Below, piece by piece: positions 1-12,170 of a stretch of DNA of 64,000 nucleotides (position 1 is its first letter; every line of letters starts with the position of its first letter). This stretch comes from Lama guanicoe (lineage: Eukaryota): the NCBI GenBank assembly GCA_013239625.1, contig MU054132.1, forward strand, positions 62,001-126,000, written 5' to 3'. A program made the translations under genes and the position numbers. The notes below the pieces were generated by a model. It saw only the letters and a program-made list of their open reading frames with translations. It had not been told where the DNA came from and did no database searches.

Positions 1-690
1 ACTATTTAAGTAATTTAAAGCCATGCCACTATCCATGACATGATTTGGGTTTTCTTTTAAGGTTTTGCTGACTCAATTGCCAACTGAAGACACAGGTATA
101 GCAGAGGCAAAATCAACACGTCCCCATACCTCTACCAAAGTGTCTACTGTATTCCCAAGGATTAACGGGGCATGGGAAAGAAATCACATTAGAATTAGAG
201 AATAGACAAATTTTAGCAAACATATTTCTTTTGTATGTCTTCAAAACAGTTATTCTCCCATCATATTTTCAAACTTTAAAATAGGAATAAACCTGCAGAG
301 CACAGCAATCTATCCACAGCAATCATATGATAATGCACTCAGGACCAAGCCATCTTTGGCTTCTGCATCTCGACAGCTGACTTATGCTACCTTAAGAAGA
401 CTGTGGATTTCAGAAGGCTGGAGAGTTTGTTTCATCCACCACTCTCCAGGCCTGCCATGTGGGAGCCCAGTAATACTGGTGGAATGAATGACTCTTACAT
501 GAGCGAGTATAGTTATTTTTTAAACAAGAAATAGCTATGAGGATATGCTTAGGTTTTCTAATTATATCAATTTTGTTTAAAATGTTAGGTATAACGAATC
601 AACAAATGAAACTAATAAAAACTATCCTGATATTCTATAACAAATGATATGTTTCTATTCCATACATAATGAATTTACTTTTCTACCTTT

Positions 691-915
691 GGGGAGGAAG
701 GGATAAATTGGGAGTTCAAGGTTTGTATATATACTACTATGCATAAAATAGATAAACAGGAAGTTTATAATATAGCACAGGGAACTATACATTCATTACC
801 TTGTAGTAACTGATTATGAAAATGAATAATGTGTGGATGTATGTATGACGGAACTATTGTGCTGTAGGACAGAAACTAATATATTGTAAACTGCACTCCA
901 ATTTAAAAAAAAAAA
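691..915 (+). mobile_element. Short L1 3'-UTR fragment
   Basis: gggataaattgggagttcaag...tatagcacagggaacta...ttgtaaact plus poly(A); same tail as the longer L1 copies in this window. Confidence 0.85.
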
Positions 916-1026
916 GTTAATGGTTCCATTCTGTTGGACTGAGGTAAAGTTCACCAAGATGACAAAGATGTGTTCAAATGCATATAAATATATACACACA
1001 CACTCATGTATACACATACACATATA

Positions 1027-1212
1027 TAGTTGACCTTTGAACAACACAGGCTTAAATTGTGCGGGCCCACATGCACGCAGCTATTTTCCAATAGTACGTA
1101 TTGCAGTACCGCATCAGTCTGTGGTTGCTTGAATCCGCAGAGAAACCCCAGCTACGGAGGCCGACAATAAATTACGTGCAGATCAACCCCCTTGTTGTTC
1201 AGGGGTCAACTG
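1027..1212. mobile_element. Tigger2-like (Tc1/mariner) non-autonomous element
   Basis: Terminal inverted repeats (t/c)AGTTGACC(tt/cc)TGAACAACA at both ends, flanked by TA. Confidence 0.85.
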
Positions 1213-1380
1213 TACATGTGTATGTGTGATGCAAACTATTCTATTCTATGAAGAGCCAAACTAATTTCCTAGAAACAAGAAACTCGAGAACATCAGTCGA
1301 TTTCAGAGAGCATTCATGTGCTGTGCCTGTTTAAAATGTAAGTGATTCACGTACTTCACCTTCAGAGTGCAAGCAGCTAC

Positions 1381-1526
1381 CTGTCTATGTCTTGTGGCAG
1401 ATCGTTCAGGTTATTGTTGCTGATGTCCAACCACCGCAAATTAGACATCCGCAGCACACAGATCGGGACGCTGGAGAACTTGTTTACTGAGATATCTACG
1501 AAGGAAACTTGCTTCAAATTACTTAA
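1381..1526 (-). CDS. LRRC2: LRRC2 exon 6 (146 nt), LRR units
   Basis: ttcctttctag|[51 protein letters not shown](R); AG|gtagct. Confidence 0.96.
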
Positions 1527-2761
1527 CTAGAAAGGAATCACAAAAATATTCGGATTACTTTTTAATAGGAATGTCTCTTCCCAAAGGCATTTCTATGAAC
1601 ACATGCAAACCCAATCAGCATTACAGGTATTCTGAGCACCTAATATGTGTCCTTCCCTGTGCTACACACTGGGGGTGCCACAATAAATAGCACACAGTGG
1701 CTGCCCTCAAGCCATTTACACTTTCATAAATAAGCAGTGCCATTTTATGTAGTAAGAACTAGTGTGAAGAAGTTTCCAATTTGCCACGTTCAGTAACAAA
1801 GAGAAGTAAGTGGTTAATCTGTCCAATAGGAGTGACTTACGTAGTGGACATGGGGTGAGGGATAAAAAGGTCAAAGATGAGTTGTCCCACTGCCAGCCTG
1901 AACATCTGAGAGATTACTGGGCCGCTTTCTAAAGTGGGGAGGACTGGGGACTGAGCAGCTTGTGCAGGGAATTGTGAGCCCTGGCTGTGCACCCGCACCG
2001 GGACTACCGCCCGGCGTTTCCTGGGGTAACATGGTGCTAAGAATAGAAGCAGCCACTTCCTCCCACCCTGAAGTTTTCAGAAATGGAGAATTAATATGCC
2101 TTCTAGGACTAGACAGAATCAGTGGCCAAGGCCTTGTCAGAGCCTCACCAGTGATACTATTTTCAGCTGATTCATTAGCAGGAGGATTTGAGAGATCCTT
2201 CTCTCTTCAAGCACAAGCAGCGTGCTGAGTTTTATTTGGCAGCAAAAACTGTTCACTTCCATCTGCTCCATTTTATCAGAAAGTGATTTAAAATCATTTC
2301 TCCATTGAATATAATGAGTATTTTTTAGTTAATGGACTTCTCAATTCCTCTCTGCAGGACTGTATTAGTTACCTAAGTTTTGCTATGAATATATGAATGT
2401 TTTGAATTTTATCCCTTTATTTCAACTGTTTCCAATTTATTTAACCATTATGGATAAATAAATCAAAATCTGCACTGCAGAAAACTGGCATCCCAGACAT
2501 TAAATAAAAATATCTTGCATTAATATGATTTTTTGCCTAGTTTTCCTTTGACAGCATTTCTGAACTTAAATTCAGGTTGTGGACCAGTATAGCATCATTT
2601 GTAAAGACTTTATAATAGCTGGTTTAGGGTGATTAAAATGTCAGGAAAATGTGATATAAGTAAAAATGGATTTCATCTTTTAGAACTTCTCCCCCATGTT
2701 ATAGACCATTCCATGTCACAAACCAAATAAAAGCAAATCACAGTGCAAAAATGTTTCTTAC

Positions 2762-2898
2762 CTCAAAGGGGAGCTCGGTTAATTCTAGATTTCCAGAACA
2801 GTCCAGTTTCTCTAAGCCTTCACAGTCTCCCAGTTCTGGAGGAATGCTTTTCAGACGGTTGAAACTCACATTGAGTTCCTTCAAGTTCTTCAAACAAC
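2762..2898 (-). CDS. LRRC2: LRRC2 exon 5 (137 nt), LRR units
   Basis: ttctgctgacag|[50 protein letters not shown]|gtaaga. Confidence 0.96.
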
Positions 2899-4510
2899 CT
2901 GTCAGCAGAAAAAATTAATATCCATGGTGCAGGTCCTTTAAGATTTTTAAAGAACAAAAAACAAAACAAAGATGTATAAGATAGATGTAATAAATGATGC
3001 GTAGGGAAGGCATTAAAAATAATTTTGCATTTCCTTTTAAGCACTTTTGCATTAAAAGTCTGCTCATCTTTTATCCTGAGCACTTTGGACTGTGATCAGA
3101 GCATTTTCTGCTTTCTTTACCTGTGTAGCCCTTCATCAAACTACAGGCGAGGTGACTGTAGGGGATATGGCCTCCATGTAGATTGGGTCAGGCCTCAGCA
3201 CCCAGAAAGTGCAAATCCCCTTGAAATCATGATGAATGAAATGACAGGCAATGGCTTTGAAGTGGTCCAGTTCCTAGGAAGGATGGTGGCCAGCTGTGGC
3301 CTATCAGTGGACTCTAATGGGATGGAGCTAGATATTGAAATATGCACAAAACTTAACTTACAAGATAAATGACTCAAAGTTTTTTTATAGACTGTATAAA
3401 ATTCATTTATCTATGACTTCATATTTGCGTTGATTTAATTATGACCTGCGATGCTTAAATAATATGCTTTAAAAAGGCCTAAGTCCCTTTTACAGGCAGG
3501 AAGTGAACACACGAACAATATCACACAGTAACTGGATTGGTGGAGAAACATTGCATCCCGATAAACACACGACCTGCTCCCAACAATCAACCAGCACAAG
3601 ACAAAATATTTTAATATTCTAAAAATCGTTGTCTCGCATGTTCCAAGGCATTAAATACTTTAACACTCAATCTAATTTTTAAAATTAGAAAACCAGAAGT
3701 ATTGTTTACTTTTGGAGAGCAGGCACTCAAAATACAAATATCCTGCCATTCTATACGTGAAAAAGGGAAACTTACAAAGACAGCATATTGGAGGCAGGGT
3801 CATTCCTGAGTCAATTTTGTTCATCTCACTGTAACAAGTATAATGGTGATGCTGTGGAAATCTGGACCCTCTAACTTACCTACCGGGTACACTCTGCAAC
3901 CTTTGTCAGCTACTGGTATCAAAACAGCTTGATGGATAAGGCGGGGTAATACAAAATGAGAAAAAAATTTCTCTTCTGGGGAGGATTGGGGAGCATGTGA
4001 TCTAATTAATGCTCTCCGGAGCTCCAGATTCTGTAAAACACTGTATTACAAAACACTTCTTCAGTTTAAAGAAGCAAAGTAGAAGGTTGGCATAGATGGT
4101 GTGAATATTCTAAGCAGTCTAGTTTTCAGATACAGGAAAGTACATGTATTTATTAAAGTGTTACATAATCAGGTGGATGGAGGCATTTGGTCCAGTACAT
4201 TTATATCAACTGTATCAGAATTTGTTTATATAAGGGGGTGCCAAAAGAAAATGAGATAACCCGAGAAAAAGGTGCATACTAGCTCCTCGTAAGCTCAAAG
4301 AGAAAGTCAATTTTTCAGCTCGAGAAGGAAAAAAAAAAGTACTTTAGAAAGTATACCTCCAGTATAACATTTCAACAACTTATAGACAGAAAGAAATCAT
4401 TTATGTTTGTATTCAAATCACTCTTCTTGCCATTTATTTCACCATGCCTAATCTCCTTCGATAAACACGACTTTTCCTTTCTCAGTATCCTGCTGAGAAT
4501 TGGGCACTCC

Positions 4511-5990
4511 TAATAAAAACAGCATCATACTGGCATAAAAACAAACATATGGATCAATAATACAGAACAGAGAGCCCAGAAATCAACCCACAGACCTACG
4601 GTCAATTGATCTTCCACAAAGGAGGCAAGAATATACAATGGAGAAAAAGACAGTCTCCTCAGCAGATGGTGTTCGCAAAACTGGACAGCAGCATGTAAAT
4701 CAATGAAGTTGGAACACTCCCTCACTCCACACATAAAAATAAACTCAAAATGGATTAAAGACTTAAATATAAGACACGCCATGATAAATTTCCCAGAAGA
4801 AAACATAGGCAGAACATTCTCTGCCACAAATCTTGGCAATGTTCTCCTAGGACAGTCTACCCAAGCAATGGAAATAGGAGCAAAAATAAACAAATGGGGC
4901 CTAATTAAACTCAAAGTTTTACACAGCAAAGGAAACCATGAGCAACAGAAAACAGCAACCTACAGAATGGGAGAAAATAGTTGCAAATGATGTGACCAAC
5001 AAAGCCTTAATTTCCACACTATGTAGCCAGCCCACACAACTTAATAACCAAAAGACAAACAACCCAATCCAAAAAGGGGCAGAGGACTTAAACAAGCACT
5101 TCTCCAATGAAGACATACAAATGGCCAAAAGGCACATGAACAAATGCTCAATATCACAAATTATCAGAGAAACGCAAATCAAAACACCACAGAGGTATCA
5201 CCTCACACCAGTCAGAATGGCCATCGTTCCAAAGTCCATGAACGATAAGGGGTGTGGGCAAAAGGGAACCCTCCCACATTGCTGGTGGGAATGCAGTTTG
5301 GTGTATCTGTTATAGAAAACAGAATGGAGATCCCAAAAATACCTAAAAATAGACTTACCATATGGTCCAGCAATCCCACTTCTGAGAATATACGCGGAGG
5401 GAACCTCAACTCAAAACGCTACATGCACCCCAAGGTGCATAGCAGCACTATCTGCAGTAGCCAAGACATGGAAACGTCCATCAACAGATGAGTGGATAAA
5501 GAAGCTGTGTATATTTATACAACGGAATACTACTCAGCCATAAAAAGAATAAAATAATGCCATTTGCAGCAACAGGGATGGACATGGAGAATGTCATTCT
5601 AAGTGAAATAAGCCAGAAAGAGAAAGAAAACTACCATATGATATCACTTACATGTGGAATCTTTAATTAAAGAAAGAAACTTATTTACAAAACAGAAACA
5701 GACTCACAGACATAGAAAACAAACATGGTTACCCAGGTGGTGAAAGAGGTTGGAAGAGTAAATTGGGAGTTCAAGATTTGCAGACCCTGATATATATAAT
5801 AGATAAACAACACGTTTATACTGTACAGCACAGGGAAGTACATTCAATACTTTGTGGTAACCTATGGTGAGAAGGAACATGAAAGTGCATATATGCATGT
5901 TCACGTACAACTGAAGCATTGTGCTGTACACCAAAAATTGATACAACATTGTAAACTGACTATACTTTAACAAAAATATATTTAAAAACA
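4511..5990 (+). mobile_element. 5'-truncated L1 (ORF2 C-terminus and 3' UTR), frameshifted
   Basis: ORF2 motifs ([34 protein letters not shown]) spread over several frames; L1 3' UTR and A-rich tail. Confidence 0.95.
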
Positions 5991-6723
5991 CAACACTCCA
6001 CACGGGGTGCAGCTAAAGTACAGTGAACCTGAGCTACCCACTCCTCTATAACAAGTGGTCAGCAAGTCTGCTGCTCGTCTGGGGGAGACGTCACCTAATC
6101 CTAGTCTGGGTATACAGGTGGTCTGGGCTTTGTAGTCTTTGCACACCCAGCAGGACGTGTACAAGAACCACTGTCCTGACGGATGGTGCATTTCTGGTCC
6201 GAAGGTGTGCATCGTGAGCGTGGAGCTCCATGCAGCCCCCAGACCTCTGCCTCTCACACCCAAGAGAAAGAAACAGTTACAATGATCACTGTGATCTTCA
6301 CTTAAAGTGAAGCAGCTGAACAACAATATGACTGAAAATAATAAAATTTTGACCAAAATAACATAAGCTAAACTGACTTTATCAACTAATATGTGGACGC
6401 AATATAGTGTATCTTATGTTTACAGTAAACATACTACTGCATGTTTGTATTTCTAAAACCAAAAGGAGAAAAAGTTGCTAAACAGAGCATCACTCCCTCA
6501 TGAGTCTTCTAGTTTCTGAGCACCTGGCAGATGTCAGCACGTTCCAGGTTAGGCAGGTAAGACTGTGGCATCACCACCCAGAGGGGACACTGTGAACCTG
6601 AAGCTCTGGGAACACACAGAACAGCCCTGCCCAGCAACTTCCGGGGCAGCGGGAAAAGGAAGCATTCCCAGTGTTACCTGCTTCCCAGACAAGGGGCCTG
6701 AAGCCTCCGGCTAAGGAACATAC

Positions 6724-6880
6724 CAATTTCAGCTGGAAGACGGGAGATTTGGTTTTTTGGCAGATCCAGAATCCTCATGGCTTGAAACAGCTCGATATAT
6801 GTAGGAATGATCTGAATCAGGGTATTGCTTATGTGCCATTCTTTCAGGTGTGTCTGCTCCTTCAAGGAATCTGGGAGCTC
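6724..6880 (-). CDS. LRRC2: LRRC2 exon 4 (157 nt), LRR units
   Basis: tctgttccag|[55 protein letters not shown](G); G|gtatgt. Confidence 0.96.
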
Positions 6881-7249
6881 CTGGAACAGAATGGATTCCA
6901 CCGATCAGAACTAGGCCCTCTGTGTGTTGGATTTCGGAGGCAGCGTGCACAAAGCAAAGGAAAACTGTGCATTTATTTCAAAAACAAGAAGCGAGGGAGC
7001 GTGCATGACAGCATTAGCCTTAACTGCCAGCTCTACAGCCATTCCAAACAAAGCAAGACAATGCTGCTGTCATTAACTAGCAGATCAGCCCAAGTTCAAA
7101 AGGGCTGTGAATTCACGACAGTATTAAAATCAAATGCTGAGTAAATGCTGACAACCAGGCTCCCACCCAAAGCTATGACGTATTATTTATTTACAACATA
7201 CTAATTTAACATCTTCTAAAAACACCATCTGCATCTTTTCATTCCTCCC

Positions 7250-7660
7250 TCCCTCTCTCTCCCCAGACCCCTGGAAACCACTATATTTTTATTGTTTCTG
7301 TAGCCATGCCTTTTCCAGAATGTCATTTGGAGCACAAGGGATTTTTAGGGCAATGAAATTATTCCATATTACAGCGGTGGCTACATGTCATTATGTATTT
7401 GTCAAAACCCATAGAATGCACAACATCAAGAGTGAACCCTAATGTAAACTATGGATTTGGTTGATGATAACGTGTCCATGTTGGTTCATCAATTGTGCCA
7501 AATATGCCACACTGACTAGGGATGTTGACGGTAGGCGAGTATGTATGTGTGGGTAGGGAAGGCTATGTGTGAACTCTGTATTTTCTGCTCAGTTCTGCTG
7601 TGAACCTGAAACTGCTCTAAAAGAATAGTCTATTAAAAAAAAAGAAGAAATAAAAAAAGT
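7250..7660. mobile_element. Old L1M 3'-end fragments
   Basis: aaaacccatagaatg...gtgaaccctaatgtaaactatgga...aaactgctctaaa motifs. Confidence 0.7.
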
Positions 7661-7742
7661 CATCTGGCCATACCCTTAGATTTTAAAATGTGTGCTGCAT
7701 TTCCCTTCCTCTGTACTAGCGACTTTTAAAAAAATACTTGAT

Positions 7743-7868
7743 GTGGGGAAGGTATGGCTCAAGTAGTAGAGCGCGTGCTTAGCATATACCAGGTCCTGAG
7801 TTCCATTCCCAGGACCTCGTCCTCTAAAAGTAAATTAGTAAACCTAATTACCTCCCCTTCCCCCACAC
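7743..7868 (+). mobile_element. tRNA-derived SINE (camelid Vic-1-like)
   Basis: ggggaaggtatggctcaagtagtagag A-box and gagttccattccc B-box; TSD aaaaa(t/c)acttgat. Confidence 0.85.
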
Positions 7869-8979
7869 AAAAACACTTGATCAACATCTAGTATTTGTTA
7901 ATAAAGGAAACTTCTAAATGGTTTTAATGAGTCTACAACAGGGAAAGAGCCCAGAATGACACTGAGGAGACCCAGACACCAGGCGCAGGCTCTGCCATCT
8001 TCCAGGGACACCACCTCCCTGGCCCCTAACTTCTGAAGTGACAGAGAGGAACTCAGCCATATCCAGGGCCTCCCCTGGCTCAAGTGCTCTGGGATAAAAT
8101 TGTAAAGGTGCTGAGAAGTGCTTAAGACTTCAGGGGGGCTATTTGTCCACTTGAAGAAATTCAGCTCATGAGTTTACAAGCCCCCACTGCAAGCAAGGTG
8201 TGCTGTGCATTGAGGGACACGCGTATCCCCTGACTTCACAGAGCTGACCACAGCGCACCATTAGCAAAGTGGGGCAGGAGTGCAGAGGGGAGAGGTCAGT
8301 GGGGTGGAGGCAGCAACCAGAAAGTCCACAATGACCCTTTGCTCAGTACCCAGTACTTGTAATGGGCTTTAAGATCATTGCTATTGGATATGTGGGTTAA
8401 GATTTTAACTTGCAAAAGTGCTTTCACTTTAAATATGCTTTCACATAAACGTACCCTTTAAGACAGAGTGGGCATTATTCAAGCCCATTTAAAAGAGGAA
8501 AACTGAAACCCACAGACATTTAAATGGGTTACTTAGGGTAAGGGCAGGCGACACAGCTTGACGAACTAGTACAAAATGAAAATGCAGGCCACTTGCTGAA
8601 ACTTATTCAGAATGTCAAGACGGTGACAGTAGAGCATTAAACCAAGCCCGCCCTGGGTGACAGGCCCCAGCATCCAGGCCTGGCAAACCCATCTTGGCAC
8701 CTCCTGACCTGAATGCAACCCACACCAGACCAGAGGGTTTCCTCCTGCAGCTGAGACAAGATGATGAGTGGGGACATCAAGGAGCTGACCCCCAGTCATG
8801 ACAACATTCTCTTTATTGAGGCTTCAACATCGAGGGCCTCATAACTAACTTCTCTCATATCGCTTTCAATCATGGCATGCCTGGAAAGTTTATTATGCCT
8901 TCTAAAATTATATCCATAACTATTTTTAATAACATGAGGAAACTCTTAAGATAATGTGTTCAATAAAAATAAAAGGGAC

Positions 8980-10080
8980 AGGGTGAAGATGGCAGACTGA
9001 ATATACACAGACATTTGCTTCTCTCTAAAATTCCATGTGAGAGGACAGGAAAGGAATTCTTTTTTGAAGGCATCCACCTCACCGCAGGGCTAAGAGAAAG
9101 ACAAGGGAGGCGGCAGCAGCAACGTGCTGGTAGCTGAAAAGTTGGAAGATGGTAACCCAGCTCCCCCAACCCACTCAATCCTAGACCAGCAGCAGCAGGA
9201 ACGATCAGATACACCCCAAACTTCACACCAGATGCCCCCGAAGCTCAGGTAGTGGAAGATAGGGGCACGTCTGGAAGTGGAAGGCAGGGCTAAAAGGAGG
9301 AGGTCAGGTTCAAAGTCTGAGGACCAGATTCCCTGACCCCACCCATGTCACAGAGCCATTGCCCCTGTAGGAAGGCTTATTCATTGGACGGGTTAAATGG
9401 AATCCCTGGACTGGGGATCAGCAGGCATCTCTGAGGGGAAGGCAGCAACCACAGGATGCGTGAGGAGTGCTGAGACTTGCCCACCCCGGCTCTCCTCTTG
9501 GCCCCAGAGGCCTGCCCTGCCTGGAGGATGTGTGAGGACCCTTCTGTGCGAGCTCTCACCAGCTGCAGACAAATCATAAATGCCCACTCCCAGGGGGAGC
9601 ACGCTGGTTAAATGGGGGCTCCACAGCAATGCCCTCACAAAACAAAAATAAAGCAAAACAAAAAGGAAGCCCCCACCTGACACACCCCAATCAGCGTGTC
9701 AGTGCTCCCAGTATCTCCAGAAGTGCGGGAGAGCCCCAACGTGCGGACCAAAACAAACCCTAAAAGAAAAAGGAGACTCTGAAATACGGAAACTTCCTCC
9801 AAAAAAGCTATTGATCCCAAGATAGGTAAGAAAAGCCCCCATGAAATGAAAACATGACACAATTTTTCAAGAAAAATTTAAGAGTTATCTATAAAAGTAG
9901 AAAAATAAAGCCACATCATAGGATTCATTCATTCCCAAAACAGGCAGCTCTTGGAAATTAAAAACTTGATAGTAGAAGTGAAACTATCCATTGAAGCATT
10001 GTTAAATAAGATTGGGAGAAATCTCCCTGAAAGAGCAGGGCCCGGGGGCTTCCATCTCACAAGGAATGACCAGTCTGCCC
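8980..10080 (+). mobile_element. Ancient L1 5' end and ORF1 remnant
   Basis: aagatggcaga start motif; 9948-10035 translates LLEIKNLIVEVKLSIEALLNKI, like an L1 ORF1 coiled coil. Confidence 0.55.
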
Positions 10081-11790
10081 GCAACAGGTACCAGAAGCCA
10101 TAGATAAAGGTCCCACAGCCAGCCCTAAGTGACCTCAGCAGAGCTCTCACCACCCAGTCCCCAAGGTCCCAGAAGCTCCACCACGCTGTCCAACCCTTGG
10201 TGACCTCTTGCAGCAGTCAAGCAGGCAGCCTGGTGTGATGTCAGAGGCCAGAACTGCCTCACCACCAGGAGTACTCTAAGATGGTGAATTTTTCACTCCT
10301 TAATTAAAGATAAGGTTGAAACCAATCTGTCTGGGGGAGGAAAACAGCAACTGACATTCATACTAATGAATGCCTGAGGCCCTGGAGTCCTCCCTGGGGT
10401 GGGTACCCATCAGATTAGGGCACCGGCTCAGGGAACCCAGTGGAGGGGATCAATAGGCTGTAAGTAACGAAGACAGCGTCCACACAGTTCCCCCTGGGGT
10501 CTCCTGCTGACTCATAACCTTCTTTCTGTCCCCCTTACCACACTAGGCACTCACTAAATGCTCTTTAAAATGCTTTTCCAAAGCCGCTGTGAGCCGAAGG
10601 GATGCAGCAGGTTCCCCAAGTGGGCTGGGTGAGCCGTCCAGCTGGGATCACGGTAAACGACTACACCTGAGGGTGATTTACCAGTGGTATTTATTTTGTT
10701 TTACTTTTTAACCAGTGGTATCTAATTAGAAATCCAGGCAGGCCCTCCCTCGCCCCCTCCTCCCCGCCAAAGAGGCAGTGTGCGCATATCCACTGATCTC
10801 ACTGATGGCGATGCAGGAGGACCACCCAAAGGGTTTCACAGTCATAATCTCTCCCAATTTTAGAGGACTGTGTCCTAACAAGCCAGTGTCACAGAATATT
10901 CGCTCATTTCATCCTCACAACAGCCCTCAGAGGGGGTCAAGGCAAGCATCACATGACAGAGACGGGCATAAAATGTATACCAGTGGCGTCAACTGCCCTG
11001 GTCACACGGCCAATAAAGAAACACCCCCAAATATTTGGCCTCCCAGTCCAGAGTCCTTTTCCCCACAAAATGGTGGGATAAAAAGAGATGGAGGGCAGAT
11101 CCCTGAGAACCCGTCCCTCTGAAGGGACCACAGCCCGAGCTCATCGGCCCTGGCCCCGCCCCCTGCACACCTGGTACTGCTTCAACCATGAAACGTCAGA
11201 ATACGGGCAGCCCTGAGATGCCTCTCCAAGCCAAGCTGTAGCTGGAGGAGTGAGAATAGGAAGCACCTGAGGATAGAAAGAGGCGGCACCTTGGTCCTGG
11301 CGTCAGCCTTTCAGAGGAAAACTGGCTAAAGGGTTTGCGAAATTCCTCTGCTGCTTTACACCCTGTGACGAGCCAGCCAAGTCACGGCCCGCAAAGGGGT
11401 GTCAGAGAAGTCATATGTTCAGTGCATTAAAAAAAAAAAGTCAAGAGTTATTTTTAATGTAAGGCGCGGGGGGAAGGCAGCAAAATTAAGCATTTTAAAG
11501 GCTGTGCCATCCTGGGGGAGCCGCTGGGTCCCAATCCCTCGCAGTCTCGGAGGGACTCAGAAGGATCCCGCTGCTCTTTCCCGGACTACACAGTCCTTTG
11601 CGGCGGAGGAGACGCGGGAAGCCCCTTAAGAGCAAGCAATGGCTCCTTCGTATCCAGGAGAAAGCTCTCGAAAGACAAGAGCGCGCACGGGGCCAAGGTC
11701 AACGCCCCGAGCTCAGCCTGGCAGCACACGCCGGCCGCCGCGCTGCACCGAGCCTCCACCTGCTGCAAGCACAGAAATGCATCGACTCAC

Positions 11791-11998
11791 CTGCCAGTGC
11801 TCCCCCGAAAGTTCAAACACGAACTCACTGCTCCGTTTGTCTCTCTCCTTGGAAAGCGAACTCTGTCTTGCGAGAGACTTCCTTTCAATCTTATCCAGAA
11901 GCCTCACGCTGGTGTCTACGAAGCCATTCTTGCAGTACGCAGCCTGGGGGATGCCTTTCCTCCTGCACTCGGCCACGAAGTTCCACTCTTCCTTTATC
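11791..11998 (-). CDS. LRRC2: LRRC2 exon 3 (208 nt)
   Basis: gcgttttag|[79 protein letters not shown]|gtgagt. Confidence 0.96.
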
Positions 11999-12034
11999 CT
12001 AAAACGCGCAGCAGAAGTGGCGGTTACCTCCTAG

Positions 12035-12170
12035 TGAATCGCCATGTCTGCCGGAGACGGCGGGCGAGCCACCTGCGCGCAGGCGCGGTTCTCACGCCAG
12101 CCAATTTCCTGACAGAGGGAGACAAGCCCTTCCCCACTTCCGGCCCCGCCCCGCCCCGCCCCCCTTTCCT
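12035..12170 (-). promoter_or_regulatory. Intragenic CpG-rich promoter-like motif cluster upstream of LRRC2 exon 3
   Basis: Overlapping GC boxes 12144-12165, CCGGAAGTG (ETS/GABPA) 12135-12143, CCAAT about 12102, GCGCAGGCGC (NRF1-like) 12077-12086, ACATGGCG (YY1-like) 12040-12047. Confidence 0.65.

Noticed and set aside
4525..5491. Several 65-134 aa ORFs on both strands
   Set aside because: Frameshifted pieces of L1 ORF2 and their antisense shadows, not host genes
6671..7144. 157-aa plus-strand ORF
   Set aside because: Starts at GTG and overlaps LRRC2 exon 4 antisense; no independent support
7743..7830. tRNA-like sequences here and at 34582, 41200 and 47930
   Set aside because: SINE heads with tails and TSDs; no complete cloverleaf, so not tRNA genes
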